From assembly GCA_043228905.1 (NCBI GenBank), contig JBHGNT010000017.1, positions 18,104,001-18,168,000 on the forward strand: 64,000 nucleotides of DNA, given 5' to 3'. A model generated the notes under the pieces. The model made no database searches, was not told where the DNA came from, and worked only from the letters and a program-made list of their open reading frames with translations. Of the stretch, positions 13,851 to 26,200 are shown one piece after another. This stretch comes from Azolla caroliniana. Its lineage: Eukaryota; Plantae; Polypodiophyta. The position numbers and the translations under genes were made by a program. The number at the start of each line of letters is the position of its first letter. The first letter of the stretch is position 1.

Positions 13851-16800
13851 TGTTGGGATTTCGGTCCCTCCGGATGGGATGTCCGGAGATGAATGACGGC
13901 AAGCCCGAAGGCTGTTACGGAACCGTAGGATGAAGAGTAACCGGCATGAAGCCGGATGAAGAGTACCCGGTTACGGAGCCGGATGCTGAAGACCCCGGTT
14001 ACGGAGCCGGATGACGTATGTACCCGGAGAGAGATCCGGATGTGGGGACATATCTGTGAATATGTTTGCCAAGGGCCCTTGAGGCTACATTTGTAAATAC
14101 CCCGAAAGTCATATGTGTATAAATATGACTTAGGGCAAACAGTTTAGTTGTTGCTGCTCATTTTTTGTTTTCCACAAAGAGGGAGCGAAGTGAGAGCAGC
14201 CGAGAGAGAGTGAGAGAGAAAGAGGAAGGAAGAGGTCGACGCCTCTGTGTAATACCGCCGCCTGTGGCGAGGACAGCGAGCTCAAGGTCGTCGCCTTGCA
14301 GCTCGCCATTGTACATTCCCGAGTATAGTGATAGTTGGAGTCTTGCACTCCCGTGGTTTTTCCCATTTAGGGTTTTCCACGTAAAACATCCAGTGTACCC
14401 TTCTCTCTCTATTGTTTTTCGTGCATTCTTGTATTTCCCATTTTTTTGTAAATCGATCCTGTTCCTCGGTTGTGGCCGAGCACGGAATCCCGACAAGTGG
14501 TATCAGAGCGACGGTGACACAGAAAATGGAAGGCGGCAGCAGCGGGCAGCCGGGGATGATGGTGCTGAATGCGCAGAACTACGCCGACTGGAAGATAAAG
14601 ATGGAGGATCTGCTCATTGTTCGGGACCTGTATGAACCGATCGACAGGTCGGAAATACCCAAGGGGGTACTTGAGACGGAGTGGAGGCTTCTGAACCGGA
14701 AAGCTGTTGCAACCATTCGGCAATACGTCGACGTGAGCGTTCTACAACATGTGGCGAACGACACCAACGCATATGAGATGTGGAGGAAGCTGTCGGGCCT
14801 CTACGAGAGGAAGAATGCGTTGAACCGGACCTCCCTGATGAGAAAGATAGTGAACCTCAAGTACCGGGACGGCGAGAGTATGGTGGAACACGTAAGCACG
14901 TTCATGGGATTCGTGAACCAGCTTGAGGCGATCAACTTCCCGTTGGAGGATGCAATGCAAGCCATCATCCTGATGTGTACATTGCCGGACAGCTGGGAGA
15001 ACTTGGTGGTGACTCTCAGCACCTCCTGCACCGAAGATAACTTGTCCCTACAAACGGTAAAGACAAGTATTTTGAACGAAGAAGCGCGTCGGAGAGATAA
15101 AGAACCGGCCTCCGACTCGAAGGCGCTGCTTACCGAATGGGAACGGGGAAGACAATGGAACCGGATTCCGCAAAGACGGGAGAAGTCGGGGACCCGGTCG
15201 CAGTCAAGAGGAAGACCCACATGCTTCCACTGTGGGAAGCCGGGGCACTTCCGGAAGAATTGTCGGCATTACCGAAAAGACAACGGAGCCGACGACACCG
15301 ATTCGAAGAAGTCACCGGAGAGAAACGGTGCATACCGGGGAGCCACGGACCAGAGAGGTCCGGATCGGCGAGGGCAGGACCGGAAAGGAACGACGGCACT
15401 CGCGGCAAGTGAAGAGGAGATCATGCTCATCACCGAAGAAGGTGAACTAAACATTGCCGGCGATGAGACTACCTGGGTGGTCGATTCCGGAGCGTCGTTC
15501 CACCTGACCCCGGAAAGTAGATACTTCTCATCCTACATAGCCGGTGAACATGGCTGTGTTCGGATGGGAAATGAAGGTACGTGCCGGATTGCCGGCATAG
15601 GAGACGTATGGTTGACAACCCCGACCGGATGCAAAATGCTGCTGAAGGATGTCCGACACGTTCCGGAGGTTTGATTGAACCTGATTTCGGCCGGGAGGCT
15701 AGACGATGAAGGCTACACAGGTAGCATCCGGAACGGCGTAATGAAGTTCAGCAAGGGAAGCCTGATAGTGGCTCGGGCCCGGAAAGTCAACACTCTGTAC
15801 CTTATGAATGCTTGGTTGTGTCCGGAAGAGCTGAATGTGGCAGCCGACACTGCCGGTGAGCTGTGGCACAAAAGACTGTGCCACATGAGTGAGAAGGGGA
15901 TGAAGAGGCTTGCAGAAGACAACCTTATTCCAGTGAAGCATGTGCACCTGGAGAAGTGCACCGATTGCCTAGCCGGTAAGCAGAACCGAACCTCCTTCCA
16001 TTCAAGGCCACCGACGAGACGTAGCGCACCATTGGAGTTGGTGCACACTGATGTGTGTCAGGTAGAAACGAAGTCACATGGCGGAGCCCAGTACTTCGTG
16101 ACTTTCATTGATGATCACAGCCGGAAGCTGTGGACGGCACCGTTGAAGACAAAGGACCAAGTGTTGTGCGTCTTCAAAGAACTCCACGCGAGAGTGGAAA
16201 GGGAATCCGGCAAGAAGCTGAAAGCGATACGAGCGGATAACGGAGGGGAATACCGGGGGCAGTTCGCGGAGTACTGTCGCTCGAAGGGAATCCGGCTCGA
16301 GTTTACTGTGCCGAAGACGCCGGAACTGAACGGGCTAGCCGAGAGGATGAACCGGACCATAATGGAGAGGGTCCGGAGTATGCTGGCGCATGCGAAATTA
16401 CCCAAGGGGTTTTGGGCTGAGGCAATGTCGACGGCGACATACGTGATAAACAGATCACCCTCAGTACCTTTGGACGGAGACACGCCGCAGAGAGTGTGGA
16501 CCGGTAGGGAAGTATCCTACCGGCATCTGAAGGTGTTCGGGTGTCTCGCATACGTGCATGTGGCAAAGGACCGGAGAGGAAAGCTAGATCCAAAGACCCG
16601 GCCATGCATATTCCTCGGTTACGGCGATGACGAGTTCGGCTACCGAGTATGGGACCCGGTCGACAAGAAGATATTCAGGAGTCGAGATATCATCTTCATG
16701 GAGGACAAGACACTCGCCGACTGGGAGTCGGAGAAGAAGATGAAGAGCTCCAAGTCGACCGGTGAGGATCAACTCTACGAGGAGCAGTCCCGACCGGCAA

Positions 16801-19282
16801 GAGACCGGTTAGCACTCGAGGATCCGGCCGAAGACGGTAAAGAAACAGAACCGGCCGAAGAAGATGAAAATGATACCGGAACCGGCCCCGATCCCGAAAT
16901 GGATTCGGATGAAGAGGAAACGGAGGAGCCGGTTACCGAAGCTCCGGAACGGAGATATCCTCTAAGAGAGAGAAGGGCCCCCCGGAGATTTCCGGAACCA
17001 GAGCACGTGTTGCTAACCGACGAAGGGGAGCCGGAGAGTTTTGAAGAAGCAAAGCTTGACACCCATAGCCGCAGGTGGTTAAGTGCCATGCAGGAGGAGA
17101 TGGATTCCCTGCATGAGAACCACACATATGAACTTGTGGAGTTGCCGAAAGGAAAGCGGGCACTTCGAAACAAGTGGGTGTTCAAGCTGAAACCGGGAGA
17201 TGCCGGAAACCCCCCGAGATACAAAGCCAGGATCGTGGTGAACGGGTTCCAGCAGAAGAAGGGCGTCGACTTCGACGAGATATTTGCCCCGGTAGTGAAG
17301 ATGACCTCCATCCGGACGGTGCTGAGCATAGCGGCAAGCATGGACCTCGAGGTAGAACAGATGGACGTGAAGACGGCATTCCTTCACGGTGACCTCGAAG
17401 AAGAGATCTACATGCAGCAACCGGAAGGATTCGAGAAGAAAGGGAAGGAGCACCTGGTATGCCGGTTGAAGAAGAGCCTTTACGGACTGAAGCAGGCTCC
17501 CCGGCAATGGTATCGGAAGTTCGACTCCTTCATGACCGACGAAGGGTACCACAAAACGCAGTCTGATCACTGCGTGTTTGTGAAGAAGTTCGAAGGAGGA
17601 GACTCTCTAATACTCCTCCTGTACGTGGATGACATGTTGATCGTCGGACGGGACCAGGTCAAGATACGGACGCTGAAGAAAGCGCTTCACCGAACCTTCT
17701 CAATGAAGGACCTGGGTCCGGCGAGGCAAATACTAGGGATGCACATCATCCGGGACCGGAAGAAGAAGCAGTTGTGGCTGTCACAGGAGAAGTACGTGAC
17801 AAAGGTGCTTCACCGGTTCAACATGTCAGAAGCAAGACCGGTCGGGTCAACCCTCCCGGCAAACTGCAAGTTGTCCAGCAAGCAAAGCCCCAAGACAAAG
17901 GCTGAGAAGGAGGACATGATGAAAGTACCATATGCCTCTGCCGTTGGAAGCTTGATGTACGCAATGGTGTGTACAAGACCGGACATAGGATATGCAGTTG
18001 GAGTGGTGAGCCGGTACATGAGCAATCCCGGCAAAGAGCACTGGAACGCGGTCAAGTGGATACTCCGATACCTGAAGGGCACGGCAAACGTGTGCCTCCG
18101 ATTCGGCTCCGGTAAGCCCGAATTCGACGGCTTTACCGATTCGGATATGTCGGCTGATGCAGATACCAGCCGGTCCACATCAGGGTATGTGATGACGTAT
18201 GCAGGTGGAGCTGTTTCGTGGCAGTCGAGGCTGCAGAAGACGGTTGCGCTGTCAACCACGGAGGCGGAGTACATGGCGGCTGTTGAAGCCGGCAAGGAAA
18301 TAATATGGATGAAGGACTTCATTAGAGAGCTCGGTATCCGGCAGGAGGAGTACCGACTCTACTGCGATAGTCTGAGTGCCATCCACCTTGCGAAGAACGC
18401 GGCCTACCATTCCCGGACGAAACACATCCAGCGTAGATACCACTGGATCCGGGAAAGGATAGAAGACAAGGAGTTCATGCTGACGAAGATCCACACGGAC
18501 GAGAACGGGTCGGATATGCTGACCAAGGTGCTCACACCCGACAAGCTGGAAGCATGCCGGAAGAGGATCGGGTTGGAGAGACATCCCATGCCGAAGTGAA
18601 GGGGGAGTTTGTTGGGATTTCGGTCCCTCCGGATGGGATGTCCGGAGATGAATGACGGCAAGCCCGGAGGCTGTTACGGAACCGTAGGATGAAGAGTAAC
18701 CGGCATGAAGCCGGATGAAGAGTACCCGGTTACGGAGCCGGATGCTGAAGACCCCGGTTACGGAGCCGGATGCTGAAGACCCCGGTTACGGAGCCGGATG
18801 ACGTATGTACCCGGAGAGAGATCCGGATGCGGGGACATATCTGTGAATATGTTTGCCAAGGGCCCTTGAGGCTACATTTGTAAATACCCCGAAAGTCATA
18901 TGTGTATAAATATGACTTAGGGCAAACAGTTTAGTTGTTGCTGCTCATTTTTTGTTTTCCACAAAGAGGGAGCGAAGTGAGAGCAGCCGAGAGAGAGTGA
19001 GAGAGAAAGAGGAAGGAAGAGGTCGACGCCTCTGTGTAATACCGCCGCCTGTGGCGAGGACAGCGAGCTCAAGGTCGTCGCCTTGCAGCTCGCCATTGTA
19101 CATTCCCGAGTATAGTGATAGTTGGAGTCTTGCACTCCCGTGGTTTTTCCCATTTAGGGTTTTCCACGTAAAACATCCAGTGTACCCTTCTCTCTCTATT
19201 GTTTTTCGTGCATTCTTGTATTTCCCATTTTTCTGTAAATCGATCCTGTTCCTCGGTTGTGGCCGAGCACGGAATCCCGACA
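13851..19282 (+). mobile_element. Young full-length Tnt1-like Ty1/copia element C
   Basis: LTRs 13851-14495 and 18610-19282 (~3 substitutions plus one extra 28-bp repeat unit); TSD GGTGT; PBS TGGTATCAGAGC 14498-14509; PPT AAGGGGGAGT at ~18599. Confidence 0.97.
14526..18599 (+). pseudogene. Gag-Pol polyprotein of C, intact except a single in-frame TGA (15672-15674)
   Basis: ORFs 14412-15674 and 15675-18599 are in the same frame; gag, CCHC, PR DSGAS, IN, RT YVDD and RH all present in copia order. Confidence 0.93.
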
Positions 19283-22200
19283 GGTGTCTTCCTTCGCTTC
19301 TTCGAAGCTTTCCGGCTCCCCCTCATCGGTCAGCGGAACATGCTCTGCATCCGGGAATCTCCGGGGCGCCCTTCTCTCTCTGAGAGGATATCTACGTCTT
19401 CGGGCTTCGGTAACCGGCTCCTCCATTTGCTCTTCATCCGAATCCGATTCGGGGTCTTGACCGGTTCCGGTCTCAGCTTCCTCTACTTCTTCTTCTGCCG
19501 GTTCGGTATCCTCACCGTAACCGGCTGGTTCCTCGAGTGCTAACCGGTCTCTTGCCGGTTGGGTCTGCTCATCGTAGAGTCTATCCTTACCGGTCGACTC
19601 GGAGTTCATTATCTTCTTCTTCGACTCCCAGTCGGCGAGCGTCTTGTCCTCCATGAAGATAATATCTCGACTCCGGAATACCTTCTTGTCGACCGGGTCC
19701 CACACTCGGTAGCCGAACTCATCGTCACCGTAACCGAGGAATATGCATGGCCGGGTCTTTGGATCTAACTTTCCTCTACGGTCCTTTGCTACATGCACGT
19801 ACACGAGACACCCGAACACCCTCAGATGCCGGTAGGACACTTCCTTACCGGTCCATACTCTCTGTGGCATGTCTCCGTCCAAGGGTACTGAGGGTGATCT
19901 GTTTATCACATATGTCGCCGTCGACAGTGCCTCAGCCCAAAACTTCTTGGGTAGTTTTGCATGCGCTAGCATACTCCGGACCCTCTCCATTATGGTCCGG
20001 TTCATCCTCTCGGCCAGTCCGTTTAGTTCCGGCGTCTTCGGCACGGTAAATTCGAGCCGGATTCCCTTTGAGCGGCAGTACTCCTCGAACTGCCCCCAGT
20101 ACTCTCCTCCGTTATCTGTTCGAACCGCCTTCAGCTTCCGGCCGGTTTCTCTTTCCACTCTCGCGTGGAGCTCTTTGAAGACGGATAACACCTGATCCTT
20201 TGTCTTCAACGGTGTGGCCCACAGCTTTTGGCTATGGTCATCTATGAACGTCACAAAGTACTGCGCTCCGGCATGTGACTTCGTGTCTACTTGACACACA
20301 TCCGTATGCACCAACTCCAGTGGTGCATTACGTCTCATCGGTGGCCTTGGTCGGAAGGAGGTCCGGTTCTGCTTACCGGCCAGACAATCAGTGCACTTCT
20401 CTAAGTGCACGTTCTTCACTGGAATGAGGTTGTCGTCTGCAAGCCTCTTCATCCCCTTCTCACTCATGTGACACAGCCTCTTGTGCCACAACTCACTGGC
20501 AGTGTCGGATGCCACGTTCACTTCTTCCGGGCATAACCGGGCATTCATCAGGTACAACGTGTTTACCTTCCGGGCCCGAGCCACAATCAGGCTCCCTTTG
20601 CTGAACTTCATGACACCGTTCCGGATGCTCCCCGTGTAGCCTTCATCATCTAGTCGACCGACTGATATCAGGTTCAGACGAACCTCTGGAACGTGTCAGA
20701 CATACTTCAATAGCAACTTGCATCCGGTTGGTGTTGACAGCCACACGTCTCTGATGCCGATAATTCGGCATGTACCTTCATTCCCCATCCGGACACAACC
20801 GTGGTCACCGGCTGAGTACGATGAGAAGCATTTCCGGTCTGGGGTAAGGTGGAACGACGCTCCAGAGTCTACCACCCAGGTCATCTCGTCGCCGGCAAGG
20901 TTTATCTCACTCTCCTCGGTGATGAGCATCAACTCTTCTTCACTTGCCGCGATTGCTGTCGTTCCCTTCCGGTTTGTCCCCTTTCGGTCTTTACCGTTCC
21001 GGTCTTTACCGTTCCAGTCCGGGGTTTGCTTCGAATCGGTACCGTCGGTTTCTTTGTCTTTACGGAAATGCCGACAGTTCTTTTGGAAGTGTCCCGGCTT
21101 GCCGCAATAGAAGCAAGTAGGCCTCCCCCTTGACTTTGACCGTGTGCCCGACTTCTCCCGGTTCTGGGGACTACGGTTTCTATGTCTTCCGCGTTCCAAT
21201 TCGGTAAGAAGCGCTTTGGAGTCGGAGCTCGTATCTTTGTCTTTCCGACGCGCCTCCTCATCTAGCAAGCTCGACTTTACTCTTGCTAGGGATAACCGTT
21301 TTCCTTCCGGCCCGGCGTTGCCCAAAGTGACAACCAACGTCTCCCAGCTATCCGGGAGGGAACCGAGCAGGAGTAGCGCTAATACTTCATCGGCAAGAGG
21401 TACTTCCAATGACGTTGCCTGGTGTATCAGCCCCTGGAAGGCATTCATATGCTCCGCCATGCTGGAGCCATCTTGGTACCGGAGTCTTACTAGCTTCCGG
21501 AATACCGAAACCTGATTAACAACATTTTTGTTTTGGAACATTATGCCGATCTTCTCCCAGAGCTCATGAGCCTTGCTCTCTTCATTGAAGTTGTTGTACA
21601 GGCTCATGTCGATGAAGCACCGTATGTATGCCGTTGTCTTCATGTGCATCACCTCCCATATCACGGCGTCGATTTTGTCCGGTCTCTTGTCCCCGAACTG
21701 AACTGGCAGCCAGAGGTCTTTAACAACGAGCATGTCCCTCATCTTCGACTTCCATACTGAATAGTTGGAGCCGGTGAGCTTGAACATGCCGCCAAATGAT
21801 TCGTCCATTTTTTGTGTCGATTTCGCTCTAATACCACTTGACGGGAACCCAACGACCCTTATGCGCGACGCTCGGCCACAACCGAGCGTAGAATGATACA
21901 CAGAAAACGGGAAATAAAACAAAACACAAAGGAGAGGAAGATACACACACACTACACAGGAGGTTTACGTGGAAAACCCCAAACTAGGGGAAAAACCACG
22001 GTAGTCCACAGGCTGCAAACTGTCACTATGTAAGAATGTACAAAAACAGTGAGTCCACGGAGGCAACGACCTCGTGCTCACGATCTTCGCCACAGGCGGC
22101 GGTTACAACAGAGGCAACGACCTCGATCTCTCTCTCTCTCTCTTTGTACAGTTACGCACTCTAATTTCGTGCAAATATAGCACTAAAAGTTTGCCCTAAG

Positions 22201-22950
22201 TCATATTTATACTAATATGACTTTTCGGCTATTTACAAATATAGCCTCGATGGGCTCTCAGAAACATATTTACGAATATGTCTCTTCCTCCGGTTCTCCA
22301 CCATCCGGCTCTCCGTAGCCGGGTACTCCTCATCCGGTTCACACCGGGCCTGCACCATCCGGCTCTCCGTAGCCGGGTACTACTCATCCGGTTCATACCG
22401 GGCCTGTATCATCCGGCTCTCCGTAGTCGGGTACTCCTCATCCGGTTCACACCGGGCCTGTATCATCCGGCTCTCCGTAGCCGGGTACTCCTCATACCGT
22501 TTCGGTCTCGGCCTATCGGCCTCGGCCGAGTTTGTTCGTCGGCACTGTTCTTCTCCCTTCCCATCCGGAGGGACCTGTCTCCCAACATGCTTTAGTGTTT
22601 TTGCCTCTCGAATGTAGCCAAGCATATAATCATGAACACATGATGCGAGGCAATACAACACACGGCTCACGGCCTACTCCCAGGCGGGACAATCAACATG
22701 TGTTAGTTTGGGTTGCGTTTCGTGAGCTCCTGCAATGTAGCTCCAGTAACCTTGTCCAACAAGGTATTGATGCATCTTGTACTCCCAAGATGCAAAGTTT
22801 GTTTTGTCGAGCTTCTCCGTAGGAAGAGCACTTCCCATCTGAGTGTTCATGGTGATTTCTTCTTCTGTTGATTAGCCGGTTTTGTTGATCTTCGGCGTGC
22901 AACACAACACAATCGAATAGGCGTGATCAGACAACCTAGCTCTGATACCA

Positions 22951-23231
22951 TGTAAAGAAATGGAGTCGATGGTATAATGCAACGAAAGACAAACGTGTGT
23001 GTACAACAGAGAGAGAGTGAGATAGAGAGAGCTCAAGACAAAGATAGAGAAAACGGTAGATTTTATTAACAATAAAAGTACTTCCAACACACAACTAAGT
23101 TACAATGAGTTGGTTTAAATACCAACTAAGCTAGGGCAAGTGCCCTTTCTATTATTTACAAAACTAGCCTGGAATGTCCATGAGCTAGTGTGAAACCTAT
23201 TCCTATGGGAAGTTGAGTTCGATTCTCAACA
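22951..23231 (-). mobile_element. Third copy of LTR-A (in the duplicated segment), with PBS and CATAG flank
   Basis: About 2 differences from 11172-11452; PBS at 22939-22950. Confidence 0.93.
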
Positions 23232-26200
23232 CATAGAGATAAGGTATGATCCTTATGATTGAATATTGTAACTTTGGTAAATAAATTATCGTATTCTCAA
23301 TTTAATAAAGCATATTTTTATGATATACTCTTTGCTTCTTGAATCATATACTATCTCCATCTCTTGTTTGTACTTAGCTCTCTCTCTTTTCATTACAAAC
23401 TCTCCTTGCTCATAACCCTAGCAGTTCGATGCACCAGTCACGCACTCTTTGACAATGCTACACTTTTGAAAGTAGTTTTTTGAAGTCAGTTCAATGCAAC
23501 ATGTTTTTACACAAACTTGGTGGACCAATTACAAGTATGCCACAAATGACAACAAGAATTCGAATAACTCAAGCTAGGAGATGGGTGTCCACAAATAGAC
23601 AAAAAATTTAATCTATGGCTTCTATCCTTTCAGAGCTCACAACCCCCCCCCCCCCCCCCCCCCCTCATCCAGTAGTACTAATACTATCTAGAAGTTGCAA
23701 TTGAACATGAAGTCGATATCATCATCCTACTACAAATCTACATCAACTCAACCAATGTCACGTAAATGTGTGTGTGTGTGTTGATGGGGTGGAACCACAT
23801 GGATCTTGAAGGGATGCTTCTTGCATGCATTAAGCCATGCGAAGAAGGAATGAGTGCAACCAAGTGCTACCATGTGTAAGGACTAGGCCTGCATGTTGTA
23901 ATCTTTCCAATTTGTTTTCTATTCTTTTTAGTTCGTTCTGTAAACTGGGCTAGGGAGGACACAAAGACCATGAGGGCACAGATGTTTGGAGACTCAAGGG
24001 TCTTAGGAGTTGAAAGCTCTTCACAATCGAATCAGAGTAGCGTTATCATGCCACTTTGTCTTCCCTTCGGATGCCCAACATGCAAGTTTGCCCAACCCCT
24101 TCTTTGAATCAATTATCACATAATAGTTGTCGATGGAGAATCGGCCTGAAGGTACGGTTGAGAAGAACAAGACAAACGAGAAGAACCCTAAATACTCACG
24201 AAGAAGAAAACCCTAAAATCTCAAGTATGATGGTCACAAAAGAAGAAGACAAAGAAACCCTAAAGTTCGAAGAAGAAGAAGATTAGAAGAGGAAGCGAAA
24301 ACCCTAATAGTACACCACAAGCCAAAAGTGGGGGACCCCTTAATCGTATGCCTCAAAATAAAAAATGGGTGACTTGAAACAAGCTCTCTTCCCCTTCGTT
24401 TTATAGGAAAAGATGCACCTAATTTCGATTCAATGCTTTAATTCCATTTTTTCTTTGAAAATGAAAAAGAGAATAAATAGTCCTTCATCTGCATTGTTGT
24501 CGTGAAAATGCGAGCAGGACCACGGACCTTTAGAGTCAAACAGGGCGTAGAGTCCAAGGGAACCTAATGTCATCAAGACATACATTTTAGCCTTACAAAG
24601 ATTCAAACCCACAACGTCTTGGTCTATATGTTAAACCTTTAACCATTATAATAACATATACGACGTATTATTAATTATTACAAGATATTTTGAGTATTCT
24701 AGAACATTCTATGATTATACTAAATATCATAAATATCATAAATAATCTAGAACATTCTAGAATACTCGTATTCATTCATCACAACTCATTCGGTTTAACA
24801 CTAGTCTTTAGCCCTTAGCCTACTCTTTATAACCGTATTTTCTCATAATATAATCTTATTTCCATTTCCTATCTTATCTCTCTCTCTCTCCCTCTCACAC
24901 ACACACGAGAGAGCTTTCTAACGTTTATTCGCTGAATTCCGTTACCGTAGTGAGGAGTTATGAGCATTTTCGTCCGTAGCCCTCTTTGCCCCGTGGTTCC
25001 TCAAACTCAAGGTAGATTTTGAAACCCTAAATCGATTGAAAGGTACATTCTACTTCTTCTCTTATTTTATTAATAGTAAATATGCCAAGAGGAGTAAAAG
25101 CCAATGATGATGTGATTGAAAGCCCAACCAATCAAATGCATACATTGTCAATGGAAAAGATCGCAACTATGTATATCTCTTTGCAAGAGACAATGAATTG
25201 TATGCTTGCAAGGAGAGGGAATTAACTCTTCAACATACACTGGAAATGTAAAGGTTAGAGATGAAAGCTTTGTGTGAAGAACTACATGCAATGAAGAACA
25301 TGACTATTCAAATGCAAAATAATAGGATGCCTGAAATCAAAAGAAAAATGTTGAGTCTTGAAGTAGAAAAAGAAATTTTAGTGAACGCAAATGCCGAAAT
25401 AAAATCTACAATTGAAGGGAAGAACGATGTGATCATGACAAGGTGGAAAGATGTTCTCTTGAAAGAAACACCAAAAATCACACAAAAACATTTTAATACC
25501 ATGGACGTGTTAGATGCAAAGGAGCAATATGAAATTGAAATCGAAAGAATAATATTGTCATTAGAGGTATGCAAGAGAATGAAATAGAGAATGCATTATC
25601 TCTTGGACAAAATATTACGAAATTGTTTGAAGATCACTTTGCTATGCGAGATGTTATTGTATATGCCGCACATCGGGTTGGCAAAAAGCAACTAGAGGGA
25701 AAGACATCTCGAGCTATTGTTTGTACAATCCTCGATGAACGTAAAAGGGCAATGATTCTAGATAGTAGTAAGGTGTACTTAAAAGGGACAAGTTTTTTTG
25801 TAACGGAGGATAGAACTCCACAAGAGCAAGAACGTAGAAGGCAAGCATATGCATCTCGGAAAGCAAATGAAAATGCATAGCAAGCAATGACCTATGGGAC
25901 CATAAGTGCTTCACGATTGAAAGTAATGTTTTGGAATTGTAGAGGATATCCATGGAATAAGGGTTTAGGACTCAATGATGTAGTTCAAGATATGGATATT
26001 ATATTTTTAGCAGAAACATGGGAGCATTGAGGCGAAACATATACCTAAAATAGACGGTTACCTCATAAAATCGATATGGCCTCACTCCAAAGGGAATATT
26101 GGGCGTGCCGGGATAGCATGTATCTACCATGAGAGCTTAGATAATTCTATCAAAGTATGCAAATATGATAACTATAAGAGATACATATTGATAGAGGTTA

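Larger units (their letters stand above)
12310..21808 (-). pseudogene. Gag-Pol polyprotein of B (one in-frame TGA at 20696-20698; split by C between 13850 and 19283)
   Basis: MDESFGG start; CCHC CFYCGKPGHFQKNC; PR WVVDSGAS; IN HHCC/DDE; RT YVDD; RH ADVDT..TEAEY..SDMLTK. Confidence 0.92.
11900..22587 (-). mobile_element. Tnt1-like Ty1/copia element B (3' LTR truncated; interrupted by element C)
   Basis: 5' LTR 21839-22587 followed by TGCTT; PBS TGGTATTAGAGC at ~21825-21836; partial 3' LTR 11900-12299 with PPT AAGGGGGAGT. Confidence 0.93.

Noticed and set aside
16775-18322. Long antisense ORFs over copia pol (188 aa, 170 aa)
   Set aside because: Expected shadow ORFs of GC-rich coding sequence; no motifs
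24180-25032. Several AAACCCTA telo-box motifs and a possible LTR-like stretch before the LINE
   Set aside because: Scattered rather than an array; no termini or TSD could be defined
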